Under the pieces are notes generated by a model that worked only from the letters and a program-made list of their open reading frames with translations, had not been told where the DNA came from and made no database searches. 64,000 bases of DNA from Loktanella sp. UBA3435. Lineage in GTDB: Bacteria > Pseudomonadota > Alphaproteobacteria > Rhodobacterales > Rhodobacteraceae. The position numbers were made by a program, and so were the translations under genes. Numbering within the stretch: the first letter of the stretch is position 1; each line of letters begins with the position of its first letter. The stretch covers positions 453 through 64,452 of the forward strand of contig DFSO01000020.1 in NCBI GenBank assembly GCA_002378665.1, written 5' to 3'. This document shows positions 53,509-64,000 of the stretch, one piece after another.

Positions 53509-54210
53509 TCAGTCCGCGACCAGCATATAACCCTCGCCGCGCACGGTCTGCAAATAGCGCGGCTGTTTTGGATCGGCCTCAATCTTGCGGCGCAACCGCG
53601 TAATCTGCACATCAACGGCCCGCTCTTGGGTCTGACTGCCAGAACGGCTCAATTCCTCTACCAATTTGCCACGGCTAATCGGGGTCGCAGGGGCGGCGGA
53701 GAATATCTTCATCAACTGACCTTCAGTCGATGTCAGGCGCACCTGAACATCGCCCTCCCACATCTCGCCGCGCTCGATATCATACCGCACAGGGCCAAGG
53801 TTCAACACCTTTGGTGCAACCACCGCAGGTTCGGCCATCGGCACACGGCGCAAAATCGCGTTAATCCGCAGCAGCAATTCCTTCGGCTCAAACGGCTTTG
53901 CCAGATAATCATCTGCGCCCGCTTCCAGCCCAGAAATCCGATCACCGGTCTCGGCCTTGGCCGTCAGCAACATAATTGGGGTCGTTATCTTTTGGCGCAA
54001 ATCACGGCACAGCGTGACCCCATCTTCTCCGGGCATCATCACGTCAAGCACGATCAGATCGAACTCCAACCCCGACAAAATACACCGCGCATGGGCCGCA
54101 TCACGTGCCGTCGTCACCAGAAAGCCAGAGCGCACCAGAAACTTCTGCAACAGGCACCGAATACGCTCGTCGTCGTCAACAATCAGCAAATGTGCGTCGT
54201 CAGCCATCAT
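53509..54210 (-). CDS. petR: OmpR-family response regulator (PetR-like)
   Basis: LIVDDD, VLDVMMPG, GADDYLAKPF, DVQITRLRRK; follows the MarR gene. Confidence 0.85.
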   Translation of the reverse strand: MMADDAHLLIVDDDERIRCLLQKFLVRSGFLVTTARDAAHARCILSGLEFDLIVLDVMMPGEDGVTLCRDLRQKITTPIMLLTAKAETGDRISGLEAGADDYLAKPFEPKELLLRINAILRRVPMAEPAVVAPKVLNLGPVRYDIERGEMWEGDVQVRLTSTEGQLMKIFSAAPATPISRGKLVEELSRSGSQTQERAVDVQITRLRRKIEADPKQPRYLQTVRGEGYMLVAD

Positions 54211-54713
54211 TCTGGTCTATCCTTCATCGCCCTATAGTGGTGGCGCATTTCTTCATCCATCATCGCTTCAAGCACTTCGCGGAACCCCGCAACCGCCTCA
54301 GGGCCCGCCGCCCGATACGCCGACCGCATGCGGTCCCGCTGCGCATCCGACAACTCCCGCTCAAGCGCAGCGCCCGCGTCCGTCAAATGCAAATGACGTT
54401 CACGCTTATCCGCCTTACCAACCGTGCTCGACACTAAACCGTCCGCGATCAAACTGCGCAACACACGATTAAGCGATTGTTTTGTAACACCCAGAATTGC
54501 CAGCAGATTATTCACCGTCGTCCCTGGACTGCGATGAATGAAATGCACCGCACGGTGATGCGCGCGGCCGTAAGCCTTCGTCGCCAAAATGCGGTCAGGA
54601 TCGGCAGTAAACCCGCGGTAGGCAAAGAACATCGCCTCGATACCAATACGGACCTGCTCGTCTGTCAAAAACAGCAGGCTTTGCCCCATCGTTGGTTGTC
54701 CGCTTTGGGCCAT
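54207..54713 (-). CDS. petP: MarR-family regulator (PetP-like)
   Basis: MFFAYRGFTADPD, GRAHHRA, GVTKQSLNRVL. Confidence 0.85.
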   Translation of the reverse strand: MAQSGQPTMGQSLLFLTDEQVRIGIEAMFFAYRGFTADPDRILATKAYGRAHHRAVHFIHRSPGTTVNNLLAILGVTKQSLNRVLRSLIADGLVSSTVGKADKRERHLHLTDAGAALERELSDAQRDRMRSAYRAAGPEAVAGFREVLEAMMDEEMRHHYRAMKDRPE

Positions 54714-54751
54714 TACACCGTTCCTCGCAACTATCCTGCCGATCACAATAC

Positions 54752-54766
54752 GTCAGCTTTGTTGAC
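54752..54766. promoter_or_regulatory. Imperfect palindrome between divergent petP and ilvE (candidate PetP operator)
   Basis: GTCAGC-TTT-GTTGAC. Confidence 0.45.
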
Positions 54767-54868
54767 ATTCCAACAATCAAGCGCTAGCAAAATCAGGAAT
54801 TATCGCAACTTTATGTCCGAAACGGACCTATCTGCGACACTATTGCAAATCAATGCGGGAGAAGACCA

Positions 54869-55738
54869 ATGGCTGGTGCATATGACGACAGAGACGGCAA
54901 AATCTGGATGGATGGTAAACTGATTGAATGGCGCGACGCAAACGTGCACATTCTAACCCACGCCATGCACTACGCCTCTTCCGTTTTCGAGGGCGAACGC
55001 TGCTACTCTGGCAAAATCTTCAAATCCCTAGAGCACACCAAACGCCTGCACACATCCGCAAACCTCATCGACTTTGAAATCCCGTTTTCCGTCGATGAAA
55101 TCGAAGCGGCCAAAATGGAAACGCTTAAGGCAAACGGCCTTACAGACGCCTACGTGCGCCCCGTCGCATGGCGCGGTTCTGGCGAGGATATGGGCGTCGC
55201 TGCCAAACGGAACAAAGTCCACCTCGCCATCGCAGTCTGGGAATGGGGCAACTACTACGGCGACGCAAAAACCAAAGGCGCGAAACTCGACATCGCCAAA
55301 TGGAAACGCCCGTCACCCGAAACCGCACCCTCCCAAGCCAAGGCCGCTGGCCTCTACATGATCGCAACCATGTCCAAACACGCAGCAGAGGCCAAAGGCT
55401 GCTCTGACGCGCTCATGTTCGACTATCGCGGCTACGTGGCAGAGGCGACAGGCGCCAACATGTTCTTCGTGAAAAACGGCGAAGTGCACACCCCAACCCC
55501 CGACGCCTTCCTCAACGGCATCACCCGCCAAACCGTCATCGACATGCTCCGCGAGAAAGGCATCAACGTGATCGAGCGGCACATCATGCCCGAAGAACTC
55601 GAAGGCTTCGAGCAATGCTGGCTCACAGGCACCGCCGCCGAAGTCACGCCAGTCGGCCAAATCGGCGACTACAACTTTGAAGTCGGGGCCATGGCGCTGG
55701 ACATTTCAGCGAGCTATGAAAAGCTGGTGCGTGTGTAA
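54869..55738 (+). CDS. ilvE: Branched-chain amino acid aminotransferase
   Basis: HYASSVFEG, AKAAGLY, EATGAN, LNGITRQT, GTAAEVTP. Confidence 0.94.
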   Translation: MAGAYDDRDGKIWMDGKLIEWRDANVHILTHAMHYASSVFEGERCYSGKIFKSLEHTKRLHTSANLIDFEIPFSVDEIEAAKMETLKANGLTDAYVRPVAWRGSGEDMGVAAKRNKVHLAIAVWEWGNYYGDAKTKGAKLDIAKWKRPSPETAPSQAKAAGLYMIATMSKHAAEAKGCSDALMFDYRGYVAEATGANMFFVKNGEVHTPTPDAFLNGITRQTVIDMLREKGINVIERHIMPEELEGFEQCWLTGTAAEVTPVGQIGDYNFEVGAMALDISASYEKLVRV

Positions 55739-55741
55739 GCG

Positions 55742-55761
55742 GATGGGGCTTTGGCCCCATC
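55742..55761. terminator. Hairpin between convergent genes (bidirectional terminator or degenerate REP-like element)
   Basis: GATGGGGC-TTTG-GCCCCATC. Confidence 0.55.
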
Positions 55762-55794
55762 TAACTTCAGGCCTATTTTTAACTCGACTTATAG

Positions 55795-56169
55795 CTAACT
55801 CAAGGAATCTGCGTCCAATACTGCTTCGATTTTCAGCCTTTGCGCCACTCCAGAAATTTTGCAATTAGTCATGAACAGTCTGAAACTTTTGTCTTCATTA
55901 AGATTGAATTCAAAGACTCGACTTTTGACTAGTTCGCCTTCAATTTCCAACACCGTGACGCCGCTAAACTCTATAGATGCTTTGGTTTCGGTTATGCGCC
56001 ACCAGTCAGTTTCAGGATCAATTAGACATAATTTTTCAACATGTACGGTCAGCATACTATGATCATTCGAAACATTGATGGACGTTACGTCGGCGTCGTG
56101 AAGGTCCATAAAGCGGTCCATAAAACGACAAATTTCGCCTCGCTCAAGCAGTTGAAATCGATTTTCCAT
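55795..56169 (-). CDS. AT-rich hypothetical protein, Imm50-like immunity protein candidate
   Basis: 124 aa from ATG 56169; LHDADV...IEFSGVTVLEIEG...VFEF; visibly more AT-rich than its neighbours. Confidence 0.6.
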   Translation of the reverse strand: MENRFQLLERGEICRFMDRFMDLHDADVTSINVSNDHSMLTVHVEKLCLIDPETDWWRITETKASIEFSGVTVLEIEGELVKSRVFEFNLNEDKSFRLFMTNCKISGVAQRLKIEAVLDADSLS

Positions 56170-56173
56170 AACT

Positions 56174-57097
56174 TCACTTCCCCCCAACATGCCCCATCGC
56201 CTTACGCTGCTCGGCCCGCTGCAACCCCAGCTTTCGTTCGCGCCAGATAATCAAAAGCCCCGCAAAGATCACCACACAAGCACCCAAAATCATCGTCCCC
56301 GTCGGCACTTCGCCAAACACGAAGAACCCGACGCCCAGCGCCAAGATCATCGACGTATATTCAAACGGCGCGACCAAAGACGCATCCGCATAACGGTAGC
56401 TCGACGTCAGCAAAATCTGCCCGACCCCACCCAGCAACCCCGCCAAGGCGAGCATCAAAAACGTCGAAACGCTCGGCATGGCCCAGCCCCAAGGCAGGCT
56501 CAGCAGTGACATCAGCGTCGCCGTGACCGAAAACCAAAACACAATCGCCGCTGTGCCCTCGGTGTTGACCAACTTGCGCACAAACACCTGCGCCAACGCC
56601 GCACAAACCGCCCCCATCAAAACGACAACCGCGCCCAAGGTCTCCGCCGTGCCCAACTCCGCCCCGACCGATAACCTTGGCGAAAGCACGATCATCACCC
56701 CGACCATGCCCAAGGCCACAGCTGACAATCGAAACGCCTTCACCTCTTCGTTCAAAAACATCGCCGCAAACACAACCACGAGGATCGGCGCAGCATAGCC
56801 AATCGCCGTCACCTCAGGAAGCGGCAGCAGCCCAAGGCCAGCAAACCCCAGCCCCATCGCCGTCGTCCCCACAACCCCGCGCCAAACATGGCCCATCGGG
56901 TTTTTGGTCTCCAGCCCATGCCGCAACTCGCCGCGCATAATCAGCCAAGCGACAATCACAGGCAGCGCAAAAATCGACCGGAAAAACACCGCCTCACCGG
57001 GAGGCACTTCGCCTGACGTCGCCTTGATCAAACTCGCCATCGCAAGAAACACGCAAACCGACAAAACCTTGTATAATATCCCGCGTAACGGCTGCAT
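56174..57097 (-). CDS. DMT/EamA family transporter
   Basis: Hydrophobic 10-TM pattern; EAVFFRS, ADASLVAPFEY. Confidence 0.9.
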   Translation of the reverse strand: MQPLRGILYKVLSVCVFLAMASLIKATSGEVPPGEAVFFRSIFALPVIVAWLIMRGELRHGLETKNPMGHVWRGVVGTTAMGLGFAGLGLLPLPEVTAIGYAAPILVVVFAAMFLNEEVKAFRLSAVALGMVGVMIVLSPRLSVGAELGTAETLGAVVVLMGAVCAALAQVFVRKLVNTEGTAAIVFWFSVTATLMSLLSLPWGWAMPSVSTFLMLALAGLLGGVGQILLTSSYRYADASLVAPFEYTSMILALGVGFFVFGEVPTGTMILGACVVIFAGLLIIWRERKLGLQRAEQRKAMGHVGGK

Positions 57098-58128
57098 CAC
57101 GATAACCTCTCAACTGCCCAACGGGCCGCATCTGCAACAGCCTCATCCGCATCATTCACCAGTGGCAAAACAGACCCTAACAATGCCTGATCGCCCGAAT
57201 TCCCAATCGCATAAGCCACATTGCGCACAAAGCGATCCCGCCCGATCCGCTTGATCGGCGACCCCGAAAACTTCTCACGAAACGCCGCATCATCCAACCC
57301 CGCGAGCTCCGCCAAAGGTGGCGCAATCAGATCATCCCTCGCAGCATACCTGACTTCACGCGCCTCAACCGCAAATTTGTTCCAAGGACAGGCCGCCAGA
57401 CAATCGTCACAACCATATATGTGACTGCCCATCTTGGCCCGCAATTCCGGATCAACAGGCCCCTTATGCTCAATCGTCAAATACGAAATGCAGCGTCGTG
57501 CATCGAGCCTATAAGGCGCAGGAAACGCATCCGTCGGGCACACATCCAAACACGCCGTGCAAGACCCACAATGGCTCACTTCTGCCGTGTTAGTCTCGAA
57601 TTCTAACGTCGTAAAAATCGCCCCAAGGAAAAACCAAGACCCCAAATCACGGGAAAGCAGGTTCGTATGCTTCCCCTGCCACCCGATCCCAGCGGCCTGC
57701 GCCAGCGGCTTTTCCATCACAGGGGCGGTATCCACAAACACCTTAATTTCGGCCGCTTGGTCGTGAGCAATCAACCAACGGCCAACGTTCTTGAGCCGCT
57801 TCTTCACGATATCATGATAGTCTCTATTCTGGGCATAAACCGAAATCGCACCCGCATCAGCCTTATCAAAAACAGCCAACGGATCATGCTCGGGCGTATA
57901 GCTCTCGGCCAGCATAATGACGGTCTTCGCCTCTGGCCAAAGCGCAGCAGCACTCCCGCGCCAATTCATGCGTTCCGCCATCCACCCCATTTGCCCATGC
58001 ATCCCTGCATCAACAAACGCGGCCAATCGTTCGGGCAATTCAGGCACAGCGTCAGGTCTGCAAAACCCGACCTTCGCAAACCCAACCTCTAGCGCATAGT
58101 CGACCAAGCGTTGCTGGAGGTCGGCCAT
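57097..58128 (-). CDS. queG: tRNA epoxyqueuosine reductase
   Basis: [50 protein letters not shown]. Confidence 0.95.
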   Translation of the reverse strand: MADLQQRLVDYALEVGFAKVGFCRPDAVPELPERLAAFVDAGMHGQMGWMAERMNWRGSAAALWPEAKTVIMLAESYTPEHDPLAVFDKADAGAISVYAQNRDYHDIVKKRLKNVGRWLIAHDQAAEIKVFVDTAPVMEKPLAQAAGIGWQGKHTNLLSRDLGSWFFLGAIFTTLEFETNTAEVSHCGSCTACLDVCPTDAFPAPYRLDARRCISYLTIEHKGPVDPELRAKMGSHIYGCDDCLAACPWNKFAVEAREVRYAARDDLIAPPLAELAGLDDAAFREKFSGSPIKRIGRDRFVRNVAYAIGNSGDQALLGSVLPLVNDADEAVADAARWAVERLS

Positions 58129-58134
58129 CGGAAC

Positions 58135-58800
58135 TTAAAAGTCGAGGTCAGCATAGTGACGCGGCGGCGGAAATCCAGACACCTGATCGGCCAACAAAGA
58201 CCGGAACGCGGGGCGCGACTTGATTTTGGCATACCAATCTTTCACGACCTCGGACCGGTTCCAATCGACGTCAGAAATATAGTCTAAACAGGACAATTGG
58301 GCCGCAGCGGCGAAATCGGCCAGTGACATTTCATTGCCCGCCAACCAACGGCGCTGCTCCAAAAGCGAAGCCATATAATCCAAATGGTACTTAATCGCCC
58401 GCGCACCCGTTTTCACGTTTGTGCTGTCAGGATACCCTGTACCCATAATCTTGCGAAACACGCGTTCACCAATCAGTTTCGCCGTGACCTCGGCGTGAAA
58501 CTTGTCATCAAACCAAGCGACCAATCGGCGTACCTCATACCGATCCTCCGCAGATTTCGGCAACAGGGAAGGCGTCGGAAATGCCTCCTCAAGATACTCG
58601 CAAATTGCTGTGCTATCCGCAAACGTGCGGTTGCCCATCTTCAAGACGGGAACCTTGCCCGCTGGGTTGCGGCGCAGAAAATCAGGATCTTGCTCCCAAT
58701 ACCGCTCTTCAACCAGCTCCACCTCGATACGCTTTTCAGCCAACGAAAGGCGGACCTTGCGAGAAAACGGGGAGAGCGGGAAGTGATACAGGCGGTTCAT
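58135..58800 (-). CDS. fzlA: FtsZ-binding glutathione S-transferase family protein FzlA
   Basis: LSPFSRKVRL, NPAGKVPVL, KSRPAFR, C-terminal YADLDF. Confidence 0.88.
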   Translation of the reverse strand: MNRLYHFPLSPFSRKVRLSLAEKRIEVELVEERYWEQDPDFLRRNPAGKVPVLKMGNRTFADSTAICEYLEEAFPTPSLLPKSAEDRYEVRRLVAWFDDKFHAEVTAKLIGERVFRKIMGTGYPDSTNVKTGARAIKYHLDYMASLLEQRRWLAGNEMSLADFAAAAQLSCLDYISDVDWNRSEVVKDWYAKIKSRPAFRSLLADQVSGFPPPRHYADLDF

Positions 58801-58868
58801 CTGTCAATTTCTTCTGTGGGTTGGGTCTCATATCAATGCCGTAACTGCAGCCATCTTTCAATGGGCGA

Positions 58869-59603
58869 TCAGTCAGTAAAGCAGCCCGCACGACCATCGG
58901 CGGCAATAGTCGCGGCACCATCCATAATCGATTTTGTACGCTTCCGCAGGTATGACGTCGGATTTGCAGCGTTACGCTCCTTGGGGTTTGGCAAAACAGC
59001 AGCCAATCGCGCGGCCTGTAAAGCCGACAGGTCAGCAGCATCAACGCCAAAGTAATATTGCGCTCCCGCCTGCACCCCAAACACACCTTCACCAAATTCG
59101 GCAACGTTCAGATATAGCTCCAAAATTCGCCGCTTTGACCAAATCACCTCGGTCATGGGCGTCCACAACGCCTCTATAGCTTTCCTGATCCAGCTGCGGT
59201 CCTGCATCAGAAACACGTTCTTCACGACCTGTTGGCTAATTGTCGATGCACCGCGCGTGCCGCCTGCATCCAAGGCCGCCTCAATCGCCTTCACATCCAG
59301 CCCCCAATGCAGGCAGAAATTCGCATCCTCAGCAGCAACCGCCGAGCGGGCCATCACAGGAGCGATCTCATCCAGTGATGCCCATTCCTGCGAAACACCG
59401 CCCAATCGTCTGCTTTCCGAAAACATATAAGGGGTCGTTGGCGGATTAAAAATTTTGAAAACGAGCGTCAGGAATGCGGCAATTAGGACGACCAGAACCA
59501 CGCCACGAAACAACAAACGCGCCACACGACGACGCAGCCCAAGGCGCGGCGCGGCTTGGGTTTTCGGGGCAGGCTTCTTCTTTGGTTTCGCGGGTTTTGC
59601 CAT
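58869..59603 (-). CDS. mtgA: Monofunctional peptidoglycan transglycosylase
   Basis: AAEDANFCLHWG, RGASTISQQVVKN, ELYLNVAEFG, AVLPNP. Confidence 0.94.
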   Translation of the reverse strand: MAKPAKPKKKPAPKTQAAPRLGLRRRVARLLFRGVVLVVLIAAFLTLVFKIFNPPTTPYMFSESRRLGGVSQEWASLDEIAPVMARSAVAAEDANFCLHWGLDVKAIEAALDAGGTRGASTISQQVVKNVFLMQDRSWIRKAIEALWTPMTEVIWSKRRILELYLNVAEFGEGVFGVQAGAQYYFGVDAADLSALQAARLAAVLPNPKERNAANPTSYLRKRTKSIMDGAATIAADGRAGCFTD

Positions 59604-59670
59604 GTCCCATAAGTCACAGGGTTGGGCTATTGGGTCAAGCCTACTTCCCACGCTTCAAACCCCCACAAAC

Positions 59671-59704
59671 GAAAACAGCCAAGGCGACTTGGCCTTGGCT
59701 GTTT
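59671..59704 (-). terminator. Rho-independent terminator after gltB
   Basis: AAACAGCCAAGGC-GACTTG-GCCTTGGCTGTTT. Confidence 0.8.
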
Positions 59705-59729
59705 CCATTTTCAATAAAGGCCTTTGCGC

Positions 59730-62700
59730 CTATTCGGCAGGAATAGCCGCCTTTTCAACGCTCAGCGGGTGCTTAAGATGGATCAGCATTTCCTTTGGGC
59801 AAACCTGCACAAAGTTGGCCTTTTCCGCGTCCCAATCTTGCAAAATCGCGGCAGCTTTTACGCTGCCAGATTCCGCATGGTGACGCGTCACAAGTGCAAG
59901 CAACTGCTCTTCCCAATGGGCCACGGTCACAGGACAAGTCACCAGCGTTTCCATGTTGATCAGATCGGCAGTCTCGCCCTTTGGATCGTAAAGATAGGCC
60001 ATACCGCCCGTCATCCCCGCACCAAAGTTCGCACCAATCGATCCAAGGATCACTGCCACACCACCGGTCATATATTCACAACCGTTCGTGCCACAGCCCT
60101 CGATCACCACTGACGCGCCAGAGTTGCGCACCGCGAAACGCTCGCCTGCACGACCTGCTGCAAACAGATAACCAGCCGTTGCACCATAGAGCACAGTGTT
60201 TCCAATAATCGTGTTTTCCGAGGCCACCAAAGGCGAACTCATCGGCGGACGCACAACGATCAAACCACCAGACAGACCCTTACCAACATAATCGTTGGCA
60301 TCGCCCGACACTTCCAGCTTCAGACCAGGCGCTGCAAATGCACCCAGCGACTGACCAGCAGAGCCGCGCAGTTTCACCGTTAGGTGGTCATGCTGTAGAT
60401 TGTTCCGCATCCCGAACTTCTGGACAATATGGCTCGACGTGCGCGTCCCGATTGTGCGCAGCGTATTCTGCACCGCATAATCTAGCTGCATCTTTTCGCC
60501 GTCATTCAGGAAACGCGCGGCATCCTGAACGATCTGCGCATCAAGCGTATCATCCACAGGGTTACGTGGCTTATCGCGATTATAGACAATGGATTTCGAC
60601 CCATCGACCGTGATCAACAGCGGGTTCAGGTCGAGATCATCCAGATGTGCAGAACCACGCGAAACCTGCGTCAGCAGATCAGCACGGCCAATCACATCAT
60701 CCAAGGACCGCGCACCAATGCTTGCCAAAATCTCACGGACTTCGGACGCGTAGAACGTGATCAGGTTCACAACCTTATCGGCGTTTCCTGTGAACTTCTT
60801 GCGCAGCGCCTCGTCTTGCGTACACACACCGACAGGGCATGTGTTCGACTGACATTGACGCACCATGATACAGCCCATCGCGATCAATGCCGCCGTGCCG
60901 ATACCATACTCTTCGGCACCCAGCATCGCCGCCATGACAATGTCACGACCAGTGCGCAAACCACCATCTGTCCGCAGCGTAATACGGTCGCGCAGGTTGT
61001 TCATTGCAAGCACTTGGTGTGCTTCCGTCAAACCCATTTCCCACGGCAAACCAGCGTATTTGATCGACGTACCAGGGCTAGCACCCGTGCCGCCATTGTG
61101 ACCCGAAATCAGGATCACATCGGCCTTTGCCTTTGCAACACCAGCGGCAATCGTACCAACACCAGAGGACGCGACCAACTTGACCGTCACCTTACAGCGC
61201 GGGTTGATCTGCTTCAGGTCGTAAATCAGCTGCGCCAGATCCTCGATCGAATAGATATCGTGGTGCGGCGGCGGCGAAATCAGAGTCACGCCTTTCGTCG
61301 AATGACGCAGACGCGCAATCAAATCCGTGACCTTCATCCCCGGAAGCTGACCACCTTCACCCGGTTTCGCACCTTGGGCAACTTTGATCTCCAACTCTTC
61401 ACAAGCGTTCAGATACTCGGCTGTCACACCAAAGCGACCAGAGGCAACCTGCTTGATTTTCGCAGATGGATTGTCGCCGTTCGGCTCTGGGTTAAAGTGC
61501 GCTGGATCTTCACCGCCCTCACCACTGTCCGACTTCGCGCCAATACGGTTCATCGCGACGTTCAGCGTCTTATGCGCCTCAGGTGAAAGCGCGCCCAAGG
61601 ACATACCGGGCGTCACAAAACGCTTACGAATGGCCGTAATAGACTCTACTTCTTCAATCGGAATGGCCGTGCCAAGCGGCTTAATCGCCAACAAATCGCG
61701 CAAGTGGATTGGCGGATTTGCCTGCATGGATTTGGAATATTGCTTCCACATCGAATAGGACGCATTCGCACAAGCCGCCTGCAACATGTGCATCGTCTGC
61801 GCTTCCCAAGCGTGCTTTTCACCCGAGCGACGGGACTTGTAGAAACCACCAACTGGCAAGACATCCGTTTGTCCCTGCCAACCGCGAGCATGAACTTCTT
61901 CGGTCTTTGTCTGAATACCCGTCGTCCCGATCCCAGAAATACGTGACTGCATACCGGGGAAATACTCGGCAACCATCGCGCGCGACAGGCCAACAGCTTC
62001 AAAGTTCAAACCACCGCGATAAGACGACAGAACCGAAATCCCCATCTTCGACATGATCTTCAACAGACCCGCATCAACAGCCGCCTTATAGCGGTGAACA
62101 GCCTCCAGCAGCGTGCCTTCAATCAAGCCACGCTCAACACGGTTCGCAATACTATCCTGCGCCAAATAGGCGTTCACAGTCGTCGCACCACAGCCGATCA
62201 GCACGGCAAAATAATGTGGATCAACACATTCCGCAGAACGGACGTTCAACGAACAGAACGTGCGCAAACCCTTGGCCGTCAGACCAGAATGCACCGCACT
62301 CGTCGCCAAAATCATCGGCATGCCGATCCGCTCTTCGGACTGATGCTGATCGGTCAAAACGATATGGCCAGCTCCCGAAGATACCGCATCAGCGGCCTCT
62401 GCGCGAATACGCTCCAGACCCTGACGCAGATGGTCGGCACCCTTGGTGAAAGTACAGTCAATAACAGTCACTGTATCACCGAAATGCTTCATCATTTCAC
62501 CAAATTCGGCGTTGGCCACAAACGGGCTTTCCAGAACCAAAATCTCGGTTTGTGACCCATCTTCGTCCAACACGTTCTTAAGGTTCCCGAAACGGGTCTT
62601 AAGCGACATCACACGGCTTTCGCGCAAACTATCGATTGGCGGGTTCGTGACCTGAGAGAAATTCTGACGGAAGAAATGCGACAGCGGACGATATTGCTTC

Positions 62701-64000
62701 GACAAAACAGCGCTCGGCGTATCATCACCCATCGAGGCGATCATTTCTTTGCCGTCCTCGGCCATCGGGGCCAGAACCTGTTCCAACTCTTCGATGGAAT
62801 AGCCCGCCGCAACCTGACGCTTGCGCAATTCAGCACCGCTAAACAGTGCCTTTTCATCGACGTCACGCATCATGTCGTTGAGATCAACAACCTTCTCGAC
62901 CCACTCGCCAAACGGCTGCGCAGCAGCGAGCTTATCTTTCAGCTCTTCATCGCGGTACAAACGACCTTCTTGCATATCCACGGCGATCATCTGCCCCGGA
63001 CCAAGCGCGCCTTTTTCGACAACAGTCGCCTCATCCACAGGCACCATGCCGACCTCGGAACCAGCCACCAAAAGCCCGTCACCTGTCACGACATAGCGCA
63101 GCGGACGCAGGCCGTTACGGTCAAGACCACCGCAAACCCAACGACCGTCTGTCATCGCCAATGCAGCAGGGCCATCCCATGGCTCCATCACCGCGTTGCA
63201 ATAGCCGTACATGTCCTGCCAAGACTGCTTCATCTCGACCGCTTGCTGCGACCAAGCCTCTGGAACCAGCATCGTTTTCGCCATTGGCGCATTACGACCA
63301 GCGCGCACGAGAACTTCAAAAACAGAGTCTAACGCAGACGAATCCGACGCATTCGCGGGAATGATCGGCTTGATATCCTCAGCACGGTCCCCAAAAGCAG
63401 ACGACGCCATGCGGATCTCGTGAGAGCGCATCCAGTTGACGTTGCCCTTCAGCGTGTTGATCTCGCCGTTATGCGCCAACATGCGGAACGGCTGGGCCAA
63501 ATGCCACTGAGGGAATGTGTTGGTGGAATAACGCTGGTGATAGATCGCAAACGCGGATTCGAACCGCTCGTCCATCAAATCAGGATAGAATTCGGCAACC
63601 TGCTCGGCCAGCATCATGCCCTTATAAATGATCGAACGGCAGGACAGCGAACAGATATAGAACCCGTTCACAATCGCAGTCGCCTTCTCGATACGGCGAC
63701 GGATGATGTAGAGTTCGCGCTCGAACTGCTCGTCATCAATGCCCTTCTCGTTGCGGATCAAAATCTGCTCGATCTCAGGGCGTGTTGCGTTCGCCTTTTC
63801 GCCCAAGACAGAGTTGTTCACAGGCACATGGCGCCAGCCGTAAATATAGTGACCCATGCGCAGAACTTCGGTCTCAACAATCGTGCGGCACCGCTCTTGG
63901 GCGCCAAAATCAGTGCGGGGCAGGAACACCTGACCAACCGCAATCAGCTTGTCCATCGCAGGCTCGTGACCTGTGCGGCGGACCTGATCGTAAAAGAAAG
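59730..64000 (-). CDS. gltB: Glutamate synthase large subunit (5' end outside the window)
   Basis: HQRYSTNT, EPWDGPA, QVTNPPID, QGAKPGEGG, RAGERFAVRNSG. Confidence 0.97.
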   Translation of the reverse strand, partial: FFYDQVRRTGHEPAMDKLIAVGQVFLPRTDFGAQERCRTIVETEVLRMGHYIYGWRHVPVNNSVLGEKANATRPEIEQILIRNEKGIDDEQFERELYIIRRRIEKATAIVNGFYICSLSCRSIIYKGMMLAEQVAEFYPDLMDERFESAFAIYHQRYSTNTFPQWHLAQPFRMLAHNGEINTLKGNVNWMRSHEIRMASSAFGDRAEDIKPIIPANASDSSALDSVFEVLVRAGRNAPMAKTMLVPEAWSQQAVEMKQSWQDMYGYCNAVMEPWDGPAALAMTDGRWVCGGLDRNGLRPLRYVVTGDGLLVAGSEVGMVPVDEATVVEKGALGPGQMIAVDMQEGRLYRDEELKDKLAAAQPFGEWVEKVVDLNDMMRDVDEKALFSGAELRKRQVAAGYSIEELEQVLAPMAEDGKEMIASMGDDTPSAVLSKQYRPLSHFFRQNFSQVTNPPIDSLRESRVMSLKTRFGNLKNVLDEDGSQTEILVLESPFVANAEFGEMMKHFGDTVTVIDCTFTKGADHLRQGLERIRAEAADAVSSGAGHIVLTDQHQSEERIGMPMILATSAVHSGLTAKGLRTFCSLNVRSAECVDPHYFAVLIGCGATTVNAYLAQDSIANRVERGLIEGTLLEAVHRYKAAVDAGLLKIMSKMGISVLSSYRGGLNFEAVGLSRAMVAEYFPGMQSRISGIGTTGIQTKTEEVHARGWQGQTDVLPVGGFYKSRRSGEKHAWEAQTMHMLQAACANASYSMWKQYSKSMQANPPIHLRDLLAIKPLGTAIPIEEVESITAIRKRFVTPGMSLGALSPEAHKTLNVAMNRIGAKSDSGEGGEDPAHFNPEPNGDNPSAKIKQVASGRFGVTAEYLNACEELEIKVAQGAKPGEGGQLPGMKVTDLIARLRHSTKGVTLISPPPHHDIYSIEDLAQLIYDLKQINPRCKVTVKLVASSGVGTIAAGVAKAKADVILISGHNGGTGASPGTSIKYAGLPWEMGLTEAHQVLAMNNLRDRITLRTDGGLRTGRDIVMAAMLGAEEYGIGTAALIAMGCIMVRQCQSNTCPVGVCTQDEALRKKFTGNADKVVNLITFYASEVREILASIGARSLDDVIGRADLLTQVSRGSAHLDDLDLNPLLITVDGSKSIVYNRDKPRNPVDDTLDAQIVQDAARFLNDGEKMQLDYAVQNTLRTIGTRTSSHIVQKFGMRNNLQHDHLTVKLRGSAGQSLGAFAAPGLKLEVSGDANDYVGKGLSGGLIVVRPPMSSPLVASENTIIGNTVLYGATAGYLFAAGRAGERFAVRNSGASVVIEGCGTNGCEYMTGGVAVILGSIGANFGAGMTGGMAYLYDPKGETADLINMETLVTCPVTVAHWEEQLLALVTRHHAESGSVKAAAILQDWDAEKANFVQVCPKEMLIHLKHPLSVEKAAIPAE

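Noticed and set aside
60645-63332. 313-aa and 218-aa + strand ORFs
   Set aside because: Antisense shadows of gltB.

Overview
A mostly core-genome window from an alphaproteobacterium of the Rhodobacteraceae (Roseobacter group; a Yoonia/Loktanella-like assignment is my guess from gene order and composition). Left to right: tdh-kbl, a thiolase, yaaA-pncA, yegD-trhO-abrB, the rpsT-dnaA-dnaN-recF-gyrB replication cluster, mutM, ubiE-ubiB, four flagellar genes (flgD, fliK, flgJ-like, flgN-like) abutting a 3'-truncated thuA, idi, a ynjFBCD-like ABC operon, a RutR/PydR-regulated reductive pyrimidine catabolism cluster, a CoA-dependent betaine/carnitine-type operon led by a class II aldolase, a bacterial voltage-gated Na+ channel, HDAC-xseB-ispA-dxs, petP-petR, ilvE, queG, fzlA, mtgA and partial gltB. 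I saw no tRNA, rRNA, CRISPR array, prophage or transposase, and no clearly new multi-gene system. The best leads are: a deletion/rearrangement scar at about 23,995; a G-rich to C-rich (terminus-like) strand-skew switch near dnaA; paired GANTC/DnaA-box-like motifs upstream of dnaA; a hairpin with possible Shine-Dalgarno pseudoknot in the pydC leader; the class II aldolase in the bco/cai-like operon; and an orphan Imm50-like gene. All protein calls come from motif recognition, not database searches.
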